Assembly: GCA_040954595.2 (NCBI GenBank)
Contig: CM082588.2
Location: 10,710,844 to 10,774,843, forward strand
Source of the DNA: Balanoglossus misakiensis
Lineage: Eukaryota; Animalia; Hemichordata
Direction of reading: 5' to 3'
Length of the DNA stretch: 64,000 nucleotides
Position 1 is the first letter of the stretch. Every line of letters begins with the position of its first letter. The position numbers and the translations under genes were made by a program. The notes beneath the pieces are model-generated. The model searched no databases. It saw only the letters and a list, made by a program, of their open reading frames with translations, and was not told where the DNA came from. Shown one piece after another: positions 12,510-26,400 of this stretch.

Positions 12510-15500
12510 TGGAAATTTTAGAACTATCTCTCGATCTACAGAGTATAGTGGAAAACGTTCATATGCGCATAGGCCTATCATGTGTTATGCACATCACAAC
12601 ATAATTTTGTAAACAAACGAGGCTTTGTTTGGAAGCAACATTGGAAATTTTAGAACTATCTGTCGATCTACGGAGTATAGTGGAAAACGTTCATATGCGC
12701 ATAGGCCTATATATGTGTTCTGCGCATCACAACAGAATTTTGTAAACAATCGAGGATGTGTTTGGAAGCAATCATGGAAATTTTAGAACTATCCGTCGAT
12801 CTACAGAATCTAGTGGGAAACTTTCTTATGCGCATAGGCATATGTATGTGTTCAGCGCATCACAACAGAATTTTGTAAATGAACGAGGCTGTGTTTGGAA
12901 ACAACCATGGAAATTTTAGAACAATCTCTCGATATAAAGTTGAAAAGTTTCTTATGCGCATAGGCCTATTACGTGTTCTGCGCCTCACAACAGAATTCGG
13001 TAAATAAACGAGGCTGTTTGGAAGCAACAATGGAAATTTTAGAACTATCTGTCGATCTACGGAGTATAGTGGAAAACGTTCATATGCGCATAGGCCTATA
13101 TATGTGTTCTGCGCATCACAACAGAATTTTGTAAACAATCGAGGCTTTGTTTGGAAGCAACAATGGAAACTTTAGAACTATCCGTCGATCTACAGAGTCT
13201 ATAGTGGAAAACTTTCTTATGCACATATGCCTATCTATGTGTTCTGCGCCTCAAAACAGAATTCCGTAAATAAACGAGGCTGTTTGGAAGCAAACATGGA
13301 AATTCTAGAACTATCTCTCGATCTACAGAGTATAGTGGAAAACGTTCATATGCGCATAGGCCTATCATGTGTTATGCACATCACAACAGAATTTTGTAAA
13401 CAAACGAGGCTTTGTTTGGAAGCAACAATGGAAATTTTAGAGCTATCTGTCGATCTACGGAGTATAGTGGAAAACGTTCATATGCGCATAGGCCTATATA
13501 TGTGTTCTGCGCATCACAACAGAATTTTGTAAACAAACGAGGATGTGTTTGGAAGCAACAATGGAAATTTTAGAACTATCCGTCGATCTACGGAGTATAG
13601 TGGAAAACGTTCATATGCGCATAGGCCTATATATGTGTTCTGCGCATCACAACAGAATTTTGTAAACAAACGAGGCTTTGTTTGGAAGCAACAATGGAAA
13701 TTTTAGACCTATCTCTCGATCTACTGAGTATAGTGGAAAACGTTCATATGCGCATAGGCCTATCATGTGTTATGCACATCACAACATAATTTTGTAAACA
13801 AACGAGGCTTTGTTTGGAAGCAACCGTGGAAATTTTAGAACTATCTCTCGATCTACAGAGTATAGTGGAAAACGTTCATATGCGCATAGGCCTATCATGT
13901 GTTATGCACATCACAACATAATTTTGTAAACAAACGAGGCTTTGTTTGGAAGCAACCGTGGAAATTTTAGAACTATCTCTCGATCTACAGAGTATAGTGG
14001 AAAACGTTCATATGCGCATATGCTATCATGTGTTATGCACATCACAACATAATTTTGTAAACAAACGAGGCTTTGTTTGGAAGCAACATTGGAAATTTTA
14101 GAACTATCTGTCGATCTACGGAGTATAGTGGAAAACGTTCATATGCGCATAGGCCTATATATGTGTTCTGCGCATCACAACAGAATTTTGTAAATGAACG
14201 AGGCTGTGTTTGGAAACAACCATGGAAATTTTAGAACTATCTCTCGATCTACAGTGTATAGTGGAAAACGTTCATATGCGCATAGGCCTATCATGTGTTA
14301 TGCACATCACAACATAATTTTGTAAACAAACGAGGCTTTGTTTGGAAGCAACCGTGGAAATTTTAGAACTATCTCTCGATCTACAGAGTATAGTGGAAAA
14401 CGTTCATATGCGCATAGGCCTATCATGTGTTATGCACATCACAACATAATTTTGTAAACAAACGAGGCTTTGTTTGGAAGCAACATTGGAAATTTTAGAA
14501 CTATCTGTCGATCTACGGAGTATAGTGGAAAACGTTCATATGCGCATAGGCCTATATATGTGTTCTGCGCATCACAACAGAATTTTGTAAACAATCGAGG
14601 ATGTGTTTGGAAGCAATCATGGAAATTTTAGAACTATCCGTCGATCTACAGAATCTAGTGGGAAACTTTCTTATGCGCATAGGCATATGTATGTGTTCAG
14701 CGCATCACAACAGAATTTTGTAAATGAACGAGGCTGTGTTTGGAAACAACCATGGAAATTTTAGAACAATCTCTCGATATAAAGTTGAAAAGTTTCTTAT
14801 GCGCATAGGCCTATTACGTGTTCTGCGCCTCACAACAGAATTCGGTAAATAAACGAGGCTGTTTGGAAGCAACAATGGAAATTTTAGAACTATCTGTCGA
14901 TCTACGGAGTATAGTGGAAAACGTTCATATGCGCATAGGCCTATATATGTGTTCTGCGCATCACAACAGAATTTTGTAAACAATCGAGGCTTTGTTTGGA
15001 AGCAACAATGGAAACTTTAGAACTATCCGTCGATCTACAGAGTCTATAGTGGAAAACTTTCTTATGCACATATGCCTATCTATGTGTTCTGCGCCTCAAA
15101 ACAGAATTCCGTAAATAAACGAGGCTGTTTGGAAGCAAACATGGAAATTCTAGAACTATCTCTCGATCTACAGAGTATAGTGGAAAACGTTCATATGCGC
15201 ATAGGCCTATCATGTGTTATGCACATCACAACAGAATTTTGTAAACAAACGAGGCTTTGTTTGGAAGCAACAATGGAAATTTTAGAGCTATCTGTCGATC
15301 TACGGAGTATAGTGGAAAACGTTCATATGCGCATAGGCCTATATATGTGTTCTGCGCATCACAACAGAATTTTGTAAACAAACGAGGATGTGTTTGGAAG
15401 CAACAATGGAAATTTTAGAACTATCCGTCGATCTACGGAGTATAGTGGAAAACGTTCATATGCGCATAGGCCTATATATGTGTTCTGCGCATCACAACAG

Positions 15501-16265
15501 AATTTTGTAAACAAACGAGGCTTTGTTTGGAAGCAACAATGGAAATTTTAGACCTATCTCTCGATCTACTGAGTATAGTGGAAAACGTTCATATGCGCAT
15601 AGGCCTATCATGTGTTATGCACATCACAACATAATTTTGTAAACAAACGAGGCTTTGTTTGGAAGCAACCGTGGAAATTTTAGAACTATCTCTCGATCTA
15701 CAGAGTATAGTGGAAAACGTTCATATGCGCATAGGCCTATCATGTGTTATGCACATCACAACATAATTTTGTAAACAAACGAGGCTTTGTTTGGAAGCAA
15801 CCGTGGAAATTTTAGAACTATCTCTCGATCTACAGAGTATAGTGGAAAACGTTCATATGCGCATATGCTATCATGTGTTATGCACATCACAACATAATTT
15901 TGTAAACAAACGAGGCTTTGTTTGGAAGCAACATTGGAAATTTTAGAACTATCTGTCGATCTACGGAGTATAGTGGAAAACGTTCATATGCGCATAGGCC
16001 TATATATGTGTTCTGCGCATCACAACAGAATTTTGTAAATGAACGAGGCTGTGTTTGGAAACAACCATGGAAATTTTAGAACTATCTCTCGATCTACAGT
16101 GTATAGTGGAAAACGTTCATATGCGCATAGGCCTATCATGTGTTATGCACATCACAACATAATTTTGTAAACAAACGAGGCTTTGTTTGGAAGCAACCGT
16201 GGAAATTTTAGAACTATCTCTCGATCTACAGAGTATAGTGGAAAACGTTCATATGCGCATAGGCC
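12510..16265. repeat. Tandem duplication, offset 1845 bp (14 monomers)
   Basis: Identical translations at 12860/14705 and 13227/15072. Shared rare variants GATATAAAGTTG, TAGAGCTAT, TAGACCTAT and GCATATGCTA (14016/15861). Confidence 0.87.
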
Positions 16266-19200
16266 TATATATGTGTTCTGCGCATCACAACATATTTTTG
16301 TAAACAATCGAGGATGTGTTTGGAAGCAATCATGGAAATTTTAGAACTATCCGTCGATCTACAGAGTCTAGTGGGAAACTTTCTTATGCGCATAGGCATA
16401 TGTATGTGTTCAGCGCATCACAACAGAATTTTGTAAATGAACGAGGCTGTGTTTGGAAACAACCATGGAAATTTTAGAACTATCTCTCGATCTACAGAGT
16501 CTAGTGGAAAACTTTATTATGCACATTTGCCTATCTATGTATTATGCGCATCACAACAGAAATCGCTAAATAAACGAGGCTGTATTTGGAAGCAACCATG
16601 TAAATTTTACAACTATCCGTCGATCTACAGAGTTTGGTGGAAAACTTTCTTATGCGCATAGGCCTATTACGTGTTCTGCGCCTAACAACAGAATTCGGTA
16701 AATAAACGAGGCTGTTTGGAAGCAACCATGGAAATTTTAGAACTATCTCTCGATCTACAGTGTATAGTGGAAAACGTTCATATGCGCATAGGCCTATCAT
16801 GTGTTATGCACATCACAACATAATTTTGTAAACAAACGAGGCTTTGTTTGGAAGCAACATTGGAAATTTTAGAACTATCTGTCGATCTACGGAGTATAGT
16901 GGAAAACGTTCATATGCGCATAGGCCTATATATGTGTTCTGCGCATCACAACAGAATTTTGTAAACAATCGAGGATGTGTTTGGAAGCAATCATGGAAAT
17001 TTTAGAACTATCCGTCGATCTACAGAGTCTAGTGGGAAACTTTCTTATGCGCATAGGCATATGTATGTGTTCAGCGCATCACAAAAGAATTTTGTAAATG
17101 AACGAGGCTGTGTTTGGAAACAACCATGGAAATTTTAGAACTATCTCTCGATCTACAGAGTCTAGTGGAAAACTTTATTATGCACATAGGCCTATCTATG
17201 TATTATGCGCATCACAACAGAAATCGGTAAATAAACGAGGCTGTATTTGGAAGCAACCATGTAAATTTTACAACTATCCGTCGATCTACAGAGTCTGGTG
17301 GAAAACTTTCTTATGCGCATAGGCCTATTACGTGTTCTGCGCCTCACAACAGAAATCGGTAAATAAACGAGGCTGTTTGGAAGCAACCATGTAAATTTTA
17401 GAACTATCCGTCGATCTACAGAGTCTAGTGGAAAAACGTTCATGTGCGCATAGGCCTATCATGTGTTATGCACATCACAACAGAATTTTGTAAACAAACG
17501 AGGCTTTGTTTGGAAGCAACAATGGAAATTTTAGAACTATCTGTCGATCTACGGAGTATAGTGGAAAACGTTCATATGCGCATAGGCCTATATATGTGTT
17601 CTGCGCATCACAACAGAATTTTGTAAACAATCGAGGATGTGTTTGGAAGCAATCATGGAAATTTTAGAACTATCCGTCGATCTACAGAGTCTAGTGGGAA
17701 ACTTTATTATGCGCATAGGCCTATTACGTGCTCTGCGCCTCACAACAGAATTCGGTAAATAAACGAGGCTGTTTGGAAGCAACCATGGAAATTTTAGAAC
17801 TATCCGTCGATCTACAGAGTCTAGTGGAAAAATGTCTTATGCGCATAGGCCTATCATGTGTTCTGCGCCTCACAACAGAAATCGGTAAATAAACGAGGCT
17901 GTTTGGAAGCAACCATGGAAATTGTACAACTATCTGTCGATCTACATAGTCTAGTGGAAAACGTTCTTATGCGCATAGGCCTATCTATGTGTTATGCGCA
18001 TCACAACAGAAATCGGTAAATAAACGAGGCTGTATTTGGAAGCAATCATGAAATTTTACAACTATCCGTCGATCTACAGAGTCTGGTGGAAAACTTCCTC
18101 ATGCGCATAGACCTATTACGTGTTCTGCGCCTCACAACAGAATTCGGTAAATAAACGATGCTGTTTGGAAGCAACCATGGAAATTGTACAACTATCCGTC
18201 GATCTACAGAGTCTAGTGGAAAACGTTCTTATGCGCATAGGCCTATCTATGTGTTATGCGCATCACAACAGAAATCGGTAAATAAACGAGGCTGTGTTTG
18301 GAAGCATCCATGGACATTTTAGAACTATCTCTCGATCTACAGAGTCTATAGTGGAAAACTTTCTTATGCACATATGCCTATCTATGTGTTCTGCGCCTCA
18401 CAACAGAAATCGGTAAATAAACGAGGCTGTTTAAAAGCAACCATGGAAATTTTACAGCTATCCGTCGATCTACAGAGTCTAGTGGAAACGTTCTTATGCG
18501 CATAGGCATATATATGTGTTCTGCGTATCACAACAGAATTTTGTAAACAAACGAGGCTGTGTTTGGAAGCAACCATGGACATTTTAGAACTATCTCTCGA
18601 TCTACAGAGTCTATAGTGGAAAACTTTCTTATGCACATATGCCTATCTATGTGTTCTGCGCCTCACAACAGAATTCGGTAAATAAACGAGGCTGTTTGGA
18701 AGCAACCATGGAAATTTTACAACTATCCGTCGATCTACAGAGTCTAGTGGAAAACGTTATTATGCGCATAGGCCTATATATGTGTTCTGCGCATCACAAC
18801 AGAATTTTGTAAACAAACGAGGCTGTGTTTGGAAGCAACCATGGAAATTTTAGAACTATCTCTCGATCTACAGAGTCTAGTGGAAAACTTTATTATGCAC
18901 ATATGCCTATCTATGTGTTCTGCGCATCACAACAGAAATCGGTAAATAAACGAGGCTGTTTGGAAGCAACCATGGAAATTTTACAACTATCCGTCGATCT
19001 ACAGAGTCTGGTGGAAAACTTTCTTATGCGCATAGGCCTATTACGTGCTCTGCGCCTCACAACAGAATTCGGTAAATAAACGAGGCTGTTTGGAAGCAAC
19101 CATGGAAATTTTAGAACTATCCGTCGATCTACAGAGTCTAGTGGAAAACGTTATTATGCGCATAGGCCTATATATGTGTTCTGCGCATCACAACAGAATT

Positions 19201-20789
19201 TTGTAAACAAACGAGGCTGTGTTTGGAAGCAATCATGGAAATTTTAGAACTATCTCTCGATCTACAGAGTCTAGTGGAAAACTTTATTATGCACATATGC
19301 CTATCTATGTATTATGCGCATCACAACAGAAATCGCTAAATAAACGAGGCTGTATTTGGAAGCAACCATGTAAATTTTACAACTATCCGTCGATCTACGG
19401 AGTCTAGTGGAAAAATTTCTTATACGCATAGGCATATGTATGTGTTCTGCGTCTCACAACAGAATTCTGTAAATAAACGAGGCTGTTTGGAAGCAACCAT
19501 GGAAATTGTACAACTATCCGTCGATCTACAGAGTCTAGTGGAAAACGTTCTTATGCGCATAGGCCTATCTATGTGTTATGCGCATCACAACAGAAATCGG
19601 TAAATAAACGAGGCTGTATTTGGAAGCAACCATGAAATTTTACAACTATCCGTCGATCTACAGAGTCTGGTGGAAAACTTCCTTATGCGCATAGACCTAT
19701 TACGTGTTCTGCGCCTCACAACAGAATTCGGTAAATAAACGAGGCTGTTTGGAAGCAACCATGGACATTGTACAACTATCCGTCGATCTACAAAGTCTAG
19801 TGGAAAACGTTCTTATGCGCATAGGCCTATCTATGTGTTATGCGCATCACAACAGAAATCGCTAAATAAACGAGGCTGTATTTGGAAGCAACCATGAAAT
19901 TTTACAACTATCTGTCGATCTACGGAGTATAGTGGAAAACGTTCATATGCGCATAGGCCTATATATGTGTTCTGCGCATCACAACAGAATTTTGTAAACA
20001 ATCGAGGATGTGTTTGGAAGCAATCATGGAAATTTTAGAACTATCCGTCGATCTACAGAGTCTAGTGGGAAACTTTCTTATGCGCATAGGCATATGTATG
20101 TGTTCAGCGCATCACAACAGAATTTTGTAAATGAACGAGGCTGTGTTTGGAAACAACCATGGAAATTTTAGAACCATCTCTCGATCTAAAGTTGAAAAGT
20201 TTCTTATGCGCATAGGCCTATTACGTGTTCTGCGCCTCACAACAGAATTCGGTAAATAAACGAGGCTGTTTGGAAGCAACAATGGAAATTTTAGAACTAT
20301 CCGTCGATCTACGGAGTATAGTGGAAAACGTTCATATGCGCATAGGCCTATATATGTGTTCTGCGCATCACAACAGAATTTTGTAAACAATCGAGGATGT
20401 GTTTGGAAGCAATCATGGAAATTTTAGAACTATCCGTCGATCTACAGAGTCTAGTGGGAAACTTTCTTATGCGCATAGGCATATGTATGTGTTCAGCGCA
20501 TCACAACAGAATTTTGTAAATGAACGAGGCTGTGTTTGGAAACAACCATGGAAATTTTAGAACTATCTCTCGATCTACAGAGTCTAGTGGAAAACTTTAT
20601 TATGCACATAGGCCTATCTATGTATTATGCGCATCACAACAGAAATCGGTAAATAAACGAGGCTGTATTTGGAAGCAACCATGTAAATTTTACAACTATC
20701 CGTCGATCTACAGAGTCTGGTGGAAAACTTTCTTATGCGCATAGGCCTATTACGTGTTCTGCGCCTCACAACAGAAATCGGTAAATAAA

Positions 20790-23400
20790 CGAGGCTGTTT
20801 GGAAGCAACCATGTAAATTTTAGAACTATCCGTCGATCTACAGAGTCTAGTGGAAAAACGTTCATGTGCGCATAGGCCTATCATGTGTTATGCACATCAC
20901 AACAGAATTTTGTAAACAAACGAGGCTTTGTTTGGAAGCAACAATGGAAATTTTAGAACTATCTGTCGATCTACGGAGTATAGTGGAAAACGTTCATATG
21001 CGCATAGGCCTATATATGTGTTCTGCGCATCACAACAGAATTTTGTAAACAATCGAGGATGTGTTTGGAAGCAATCATGGAAATTTTAGAACTATCCGTC
21101 GATCTACAGAGTCTAGTGGGAAACTTTCTTATGCGCATAGGCATATGTATGTGTTCAGCGCATCACAACAGAATTTTATAAATGAACGAGGCTGTGTTTG
21201 GAAACAACCATGGAAATTTTACAACTATCCGTCGATCTAAGGAGTCTGGTGGAAAACTTTCTTATGCGCATAGGCCTATTACGTGCTCTGCGCCTCACAA
21301 CAGAATTCGGTAAATAAACGAGGCTGTTTGGAAGCAACCATGGAAATTTTAGAACTATCCGTCGATCTACAGAGTCTAGTGGAAAAATGTCTTATGCGCA
21401 TAGGCCTATCATGTGTTCTGCGCCTCACAACAGAAATCGGTAAATAAACGAGGCTGTTTGGAAGCAACCATGGACATTGTACAACTATCTTTCGATCTAC
21501 GGAGTATAGTGGAAAACGTTCATATGCGCATAGGCCTATATATGTGTTCTGCGCATCACAACAGAATTTTGTAAACAATCGAGGATGTGTTTGGAAGCAA
21601 TCATGGAAATTTTAGAACTATCCGTCGATCTACAGAGTCTAGTGGGAAACTTTCTTATGCGCATAGGCATATGTATGTGTTCAGCGCATCACAACAGAAT
21701 TTTGTAAATGAACGAGGCTGTGTTTGGAAACAACCATGGAAATTTTAGAACTATCTCTCGATCTAAAGTTGAAAAGTTTCTTATGCGCATAGGCCTATTA
21801 CGTGTTCTGCGCCTCACAACAGAATTCGGTAAATAAACGAGGCTGTTTGGAAGCAACAATGGAAATTTTAGAACTATCCGTCGATCTACAGAGTCTAGTG
21901 GAAAAATGTCTTATGCGCATAGGCCTATAATGTGTTCTGCGCCTCACAACAGAAATCGGTAAATAAACGAGGCTGTTTGGAAGCAACCATGGAAATTGTA
22001 CAACTATCCGTCGATCTACATAGTCTAGTGGAAAACGTTCTTATGCGCATAGGCCTATCTATGTGTTATGCGCATCACAACAGAAATCGGTAAATAAACG
22101 AGGCTGTTTGGAAGCAACCATGTAAATTTTAGAACTATCCGTCGATCTACAGAGTCTAGTGGAAAAACGTTCATGTGCGCATAGGCCTATCATGTGTTAT
22201 GCACATCACAACAGAATTTTGTAAACAAACGAGGCTTTGTTTGGAAGCAACAATGGAAATTTTAGAACTATCTGTCGATCTACGGAGTATAGTGGAAAAC
22301 GTTCATATGCGCATAGGCCTATATATGTGTTCTGCGCATCACAACAGAATTTTGTAAACAATCGAGGATGTGTTTGGAAGCAATCATGGAAATTTTAGAA
22401 CTATCCGTCGATCTACAGAGTCTAGTGGGAAACTTTCTTATGCGCATAGGCATATGTATGTGTTCAGCGCATCACAACAGAATTTTATAAATGAACGAGG
22501 CTGTGTTTGGAAACAACCATGGAAATTTTACAACTATCCGTCGATCTAAGGAGTCTGGTGGAAAACTTTCTTATGCGCATAGGCCTATTACGTGCTCTGC
22601 GCCTCACAACAGAATTCGGTAAATAAACGAGGCTGTTTGGAAGCAACCATGGAAATTTTAGAACTATCCGTCGATCTACAGAGTCTAGTGGAAAAATGTC
22701 TTATGCGCATAGGCCTATCATGTGTTCTGCGCCTCACAACAGAAATCGGTAAATAAACGAGGCTGTTTGGAAGCAACCATGGACATTGTACAACTATCTT
22801 TCGATCTACGGAGTATAGTGGAAAACGTTCATATGCGCATAGGCCTATATATGTGTTCTGCGCATCACAACAGAATTTTGTAAACAATCGAGGATGTGTT
22901 TGGAAGCAATCATGGAAATTTTAGAACTATCCGTCGATCTACAGAGTCTAGTGGGAAACTTTCTTATGCGCATAGGCATATGTATGTGTTCAGCGCATCA
23001 CAACAGAATTTTGTAAATGAACGAGGCTGTGTTTGGAAACAACCATGGAAATTTTAGAACTATCTCTCGATCTAAAGTTGAAAAGTTTCTTATGCGCATA
23101 GGCCTATTACGTGTTCTGCGCCTCACAACAGAATTCGGTAAATAAACGAGGCTGTTTGGAAGCAACAATGGAAATTTTAGAACTATCCGTCGATCTACAG
23201 AGTCTAGTGGAAAAATGTCTTATGCGCATAGGCCTATCATGTGTTCTGCGCCTCACAACAGAAATCGGTAAATAAACGAGGCTGTTTGGAAGCAACCATG
23301 GAAATTGTACAACTATCCGTCGATCTACATAGTCTAGTGGAAAACGTTCTTATGCGCATAGGCCTATCTATGTGTTATGCGCATCACAACAGAAATCGGT
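20790..23400. repeat. Tandem duplication, offset 1309 bp (10 monomers)
   Basis: Translations at 20866/22175, 21279/22588 and 21798/23107. Shared variants TCTAAGGAG and TATCTTTCGA. Confidence 0.87.
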
Positions 23401-26400
23401 AAATAAACGAGGCTGTATTTGGAAGCAATCATGAAATTTTACAACTATCCGTCGATCTACAGAGTCTGGTGGAAAACTTCCTTATGCGCATAGACCTATT
23501 ACGTGTTCTGCGCCTCACAACAGAATTCGGTAAATAAACGATGCTGTTTGGAAGCAACCATGGAAATTGTACAACTATCCGTCGATCTACAGAGTCTAGT
23601 GGAAAACGTTCTTATGCGCATAGGCCTATCTATGTGTTATGCGCATCACAACAGAAATCGGTAAATAAACGAGGCTGTGTTTGGAAGCAACCATGGACAT
23701 TTTAGAACTATCTCTCGATCTACAGAGTCTATAGTGGAAAACTTTCTTATGCACATAGGCCTATCTATGTGTTCTGCGCCTCACAACAGAAATCGGTAAA
23801 TAAACGAGGCTGTTTAAAAGCAACCATGGAAATTTTACAGCTATCCGTCGATCTACAGAGTCTAGTGGAAACGTTCTTATGCGCATAGGCCTATATATGT
23901 GTTCTGCGTATCACAACAGAATTTTGTAAACAAACGAGGCTGTGTTTGGAAGCAACCATGGACATTTTAGAACTATCTCTCGATCTACAGAGTCTATAGT
24001 GGAAAACTTTCTTATGCACATATGCCTATCTATGTGTTCTGCGCCTCACAACAGAATTCGGTAAATAAACGAGGCTGTTTGGAAGCAACCATGGAAATTT
24101 TACAACTATCCGTCGATCTACAGAGTCTAGTGGAAAACGTTATTATGCGCATAGGCCTATATATGTGTTCTGCGCATCACAACAGAATTTTGTAAACAAA
24201 CGAGGCTGTTTGGAAGCAACCATGGAAATTTTACAACTATCCGTCGATCTACAGAGTCTAGTGGAAAACGTTATTATGCGCATAGGCCTATATATGTGTT
24301 CTGCGCATCACAACAGAATTTTGTAAACAAACGAGGCTGTGTTTGGAAGCAACCATGGAAATTTTAGAACTATCTCTCGATCTACAGAGTCTAGTGGAAA
24401 ACTTTATTATGCACATATGCCTATCTATGTGTTCTGCGCATCACAACAGAAATCGGTAAATAAACGAGGCTGTTTGGAAGCAACCATGGAAATTTTACAA
24501 CTATCCGTCGATCTACAGAGTCTGGTGGAAAACTTTCTTATGCGCATAGGCCTATTACGTGCTCTGCGCCTCACAACAGAATTCGGTAAATAAACGAGGC
24601 TGTTTGGAAGCAACCATGGAAATTTTAGAACTATCCGTCGATCTACAGAGTCTAGTGGAAAAATGTCTTATGCGCATAGGCCTATCATGTGTTCTGTGCC
24701 TCACAACAGAAATCGGTAAATAAACGAGGCTGTTTGGAAGCAACCATGGAAATTGTACAACTATCCGTCGATCTACAGAGTCTAGTGGAAAACGTTCTTA
24801 TGCGCATAGGCCTATCTATGTGTTATGCGCATCACAACAGAAATCGGTAAATAAACGAGGCTGTATTTGGAAGCAACCATGAAATTTTACAACTATCCGT
24901 CGATCTACAGAGTCTGGTGGAAAACTTCCTTATGCGCATAGACCTATTACGTGTTCTGCGCCTCACAACAGAATTCGGTAAATAAACGAGGCTGTTTGGA
25001 AGCAACCATGGACATTGTACAACTATCCGTCGATCTACAGAGTCTAGTGGAAAACGTTCTTATGCGCATAGGCCTATCTATGTGTTATGCGCATCACAAC
25101 AGAAATCGGTAAATAAACGAGGCTGTATTTGGAAGCAACCATGAAATTTTACAACTATCCGTCGATCTACAGAGTCTAGTGGAAAAATGTCTCATGCGCA
25201 TAGGCCTATCATGTGTTCTGCGCCTCACAACAGAAATCGGTAAATAAACGAGGCTGTTTGGAAGCAACCATGGAAATTTTACAGCTATCCGTCGATCTAC
25301 ATAGTCTAGTGGAAACGTTCTTATGCGCATAGGCCTATATATGTGTTCTGCGCATCACAACAGAATTTTGTAAACAAACGAGGCTGTGTTTGGTAGCAAC
25401 CATGGACATTTTAGAACTATCTCTCGATCTACAGAGTCTATTGTGGAAAACTTTCTTATGCACATATGCCTATCTATGTGTTCTGCGCCTCACAACAGAA
25501 TTCGGTAAATAAACGAGGCTGTTTGGAAATTTTACAACTATCCGTCGATCTACAGAGTCTAGTGGAAAACGTTATTATGCGCATAGGCCTATATATGTGT
25601 TCTGCGCATCACAACAGAATTTTGTAAACAAACGAGGCTGTGTTTGGAAGCAACCATGGACATTTTAGAACTATCTCTCGATCTACAGAGTCTATAGTGG
25701 AAAACTTTCTTATGCACATATGCCTATCTATGTGTTCTGCGCCTCACAACAGAATTCGGTAAATAAACGAGGCTGTTTGGAAGCAACCATGGAAATTTTA
25801 CAACTATCCGTCGATCTACAGAGTCTAGTGGAAAACGTTATTATGCGCATAGGCCTATATATGTGTTCTGCGCATCACAACAGAATTTTGTAAACAAACG
25901 AGGCTGTGTTTGGAAGCAACCATGGAAATTTTAGAACTATCTCTCGATCTACAGAGTCTAGTGGAAAACTTTATTATGCACATATGCCTATCTATGTGTT
26001 CTGCGCATCACAACAGAAATCGGTAAATAAACGAGGCTGTTTGGAAGCAACCATGGAAATTTTACAGCTATCCGTCGATCTACAGAGTCTAGTGGAAACG
26101 TTCTTATGCGCATAGGCCTATATATGTGTTCTGCGCCTCACAACAGAATTTTGTAAACAAACGAGGCTGTGTTTGGTAGCAACCATGGACATTTTAGAAC
26201 TATCTCTCGATCTACAGAGTCTATAGTGGAAAACTTTCTTATGCACATATGCCTATCTATGTGTTCTGCGCCTCACAACAGAATTCGGTAAATAAACGAG
26301 GCTGTTTGGAAGCAACCATGGAAATTTTACAACTATCCGTCGATCTACAGAGTCTAGTGGAAAACGTTATTATGCGCATAGGCCTATATATGTGTTCTGC

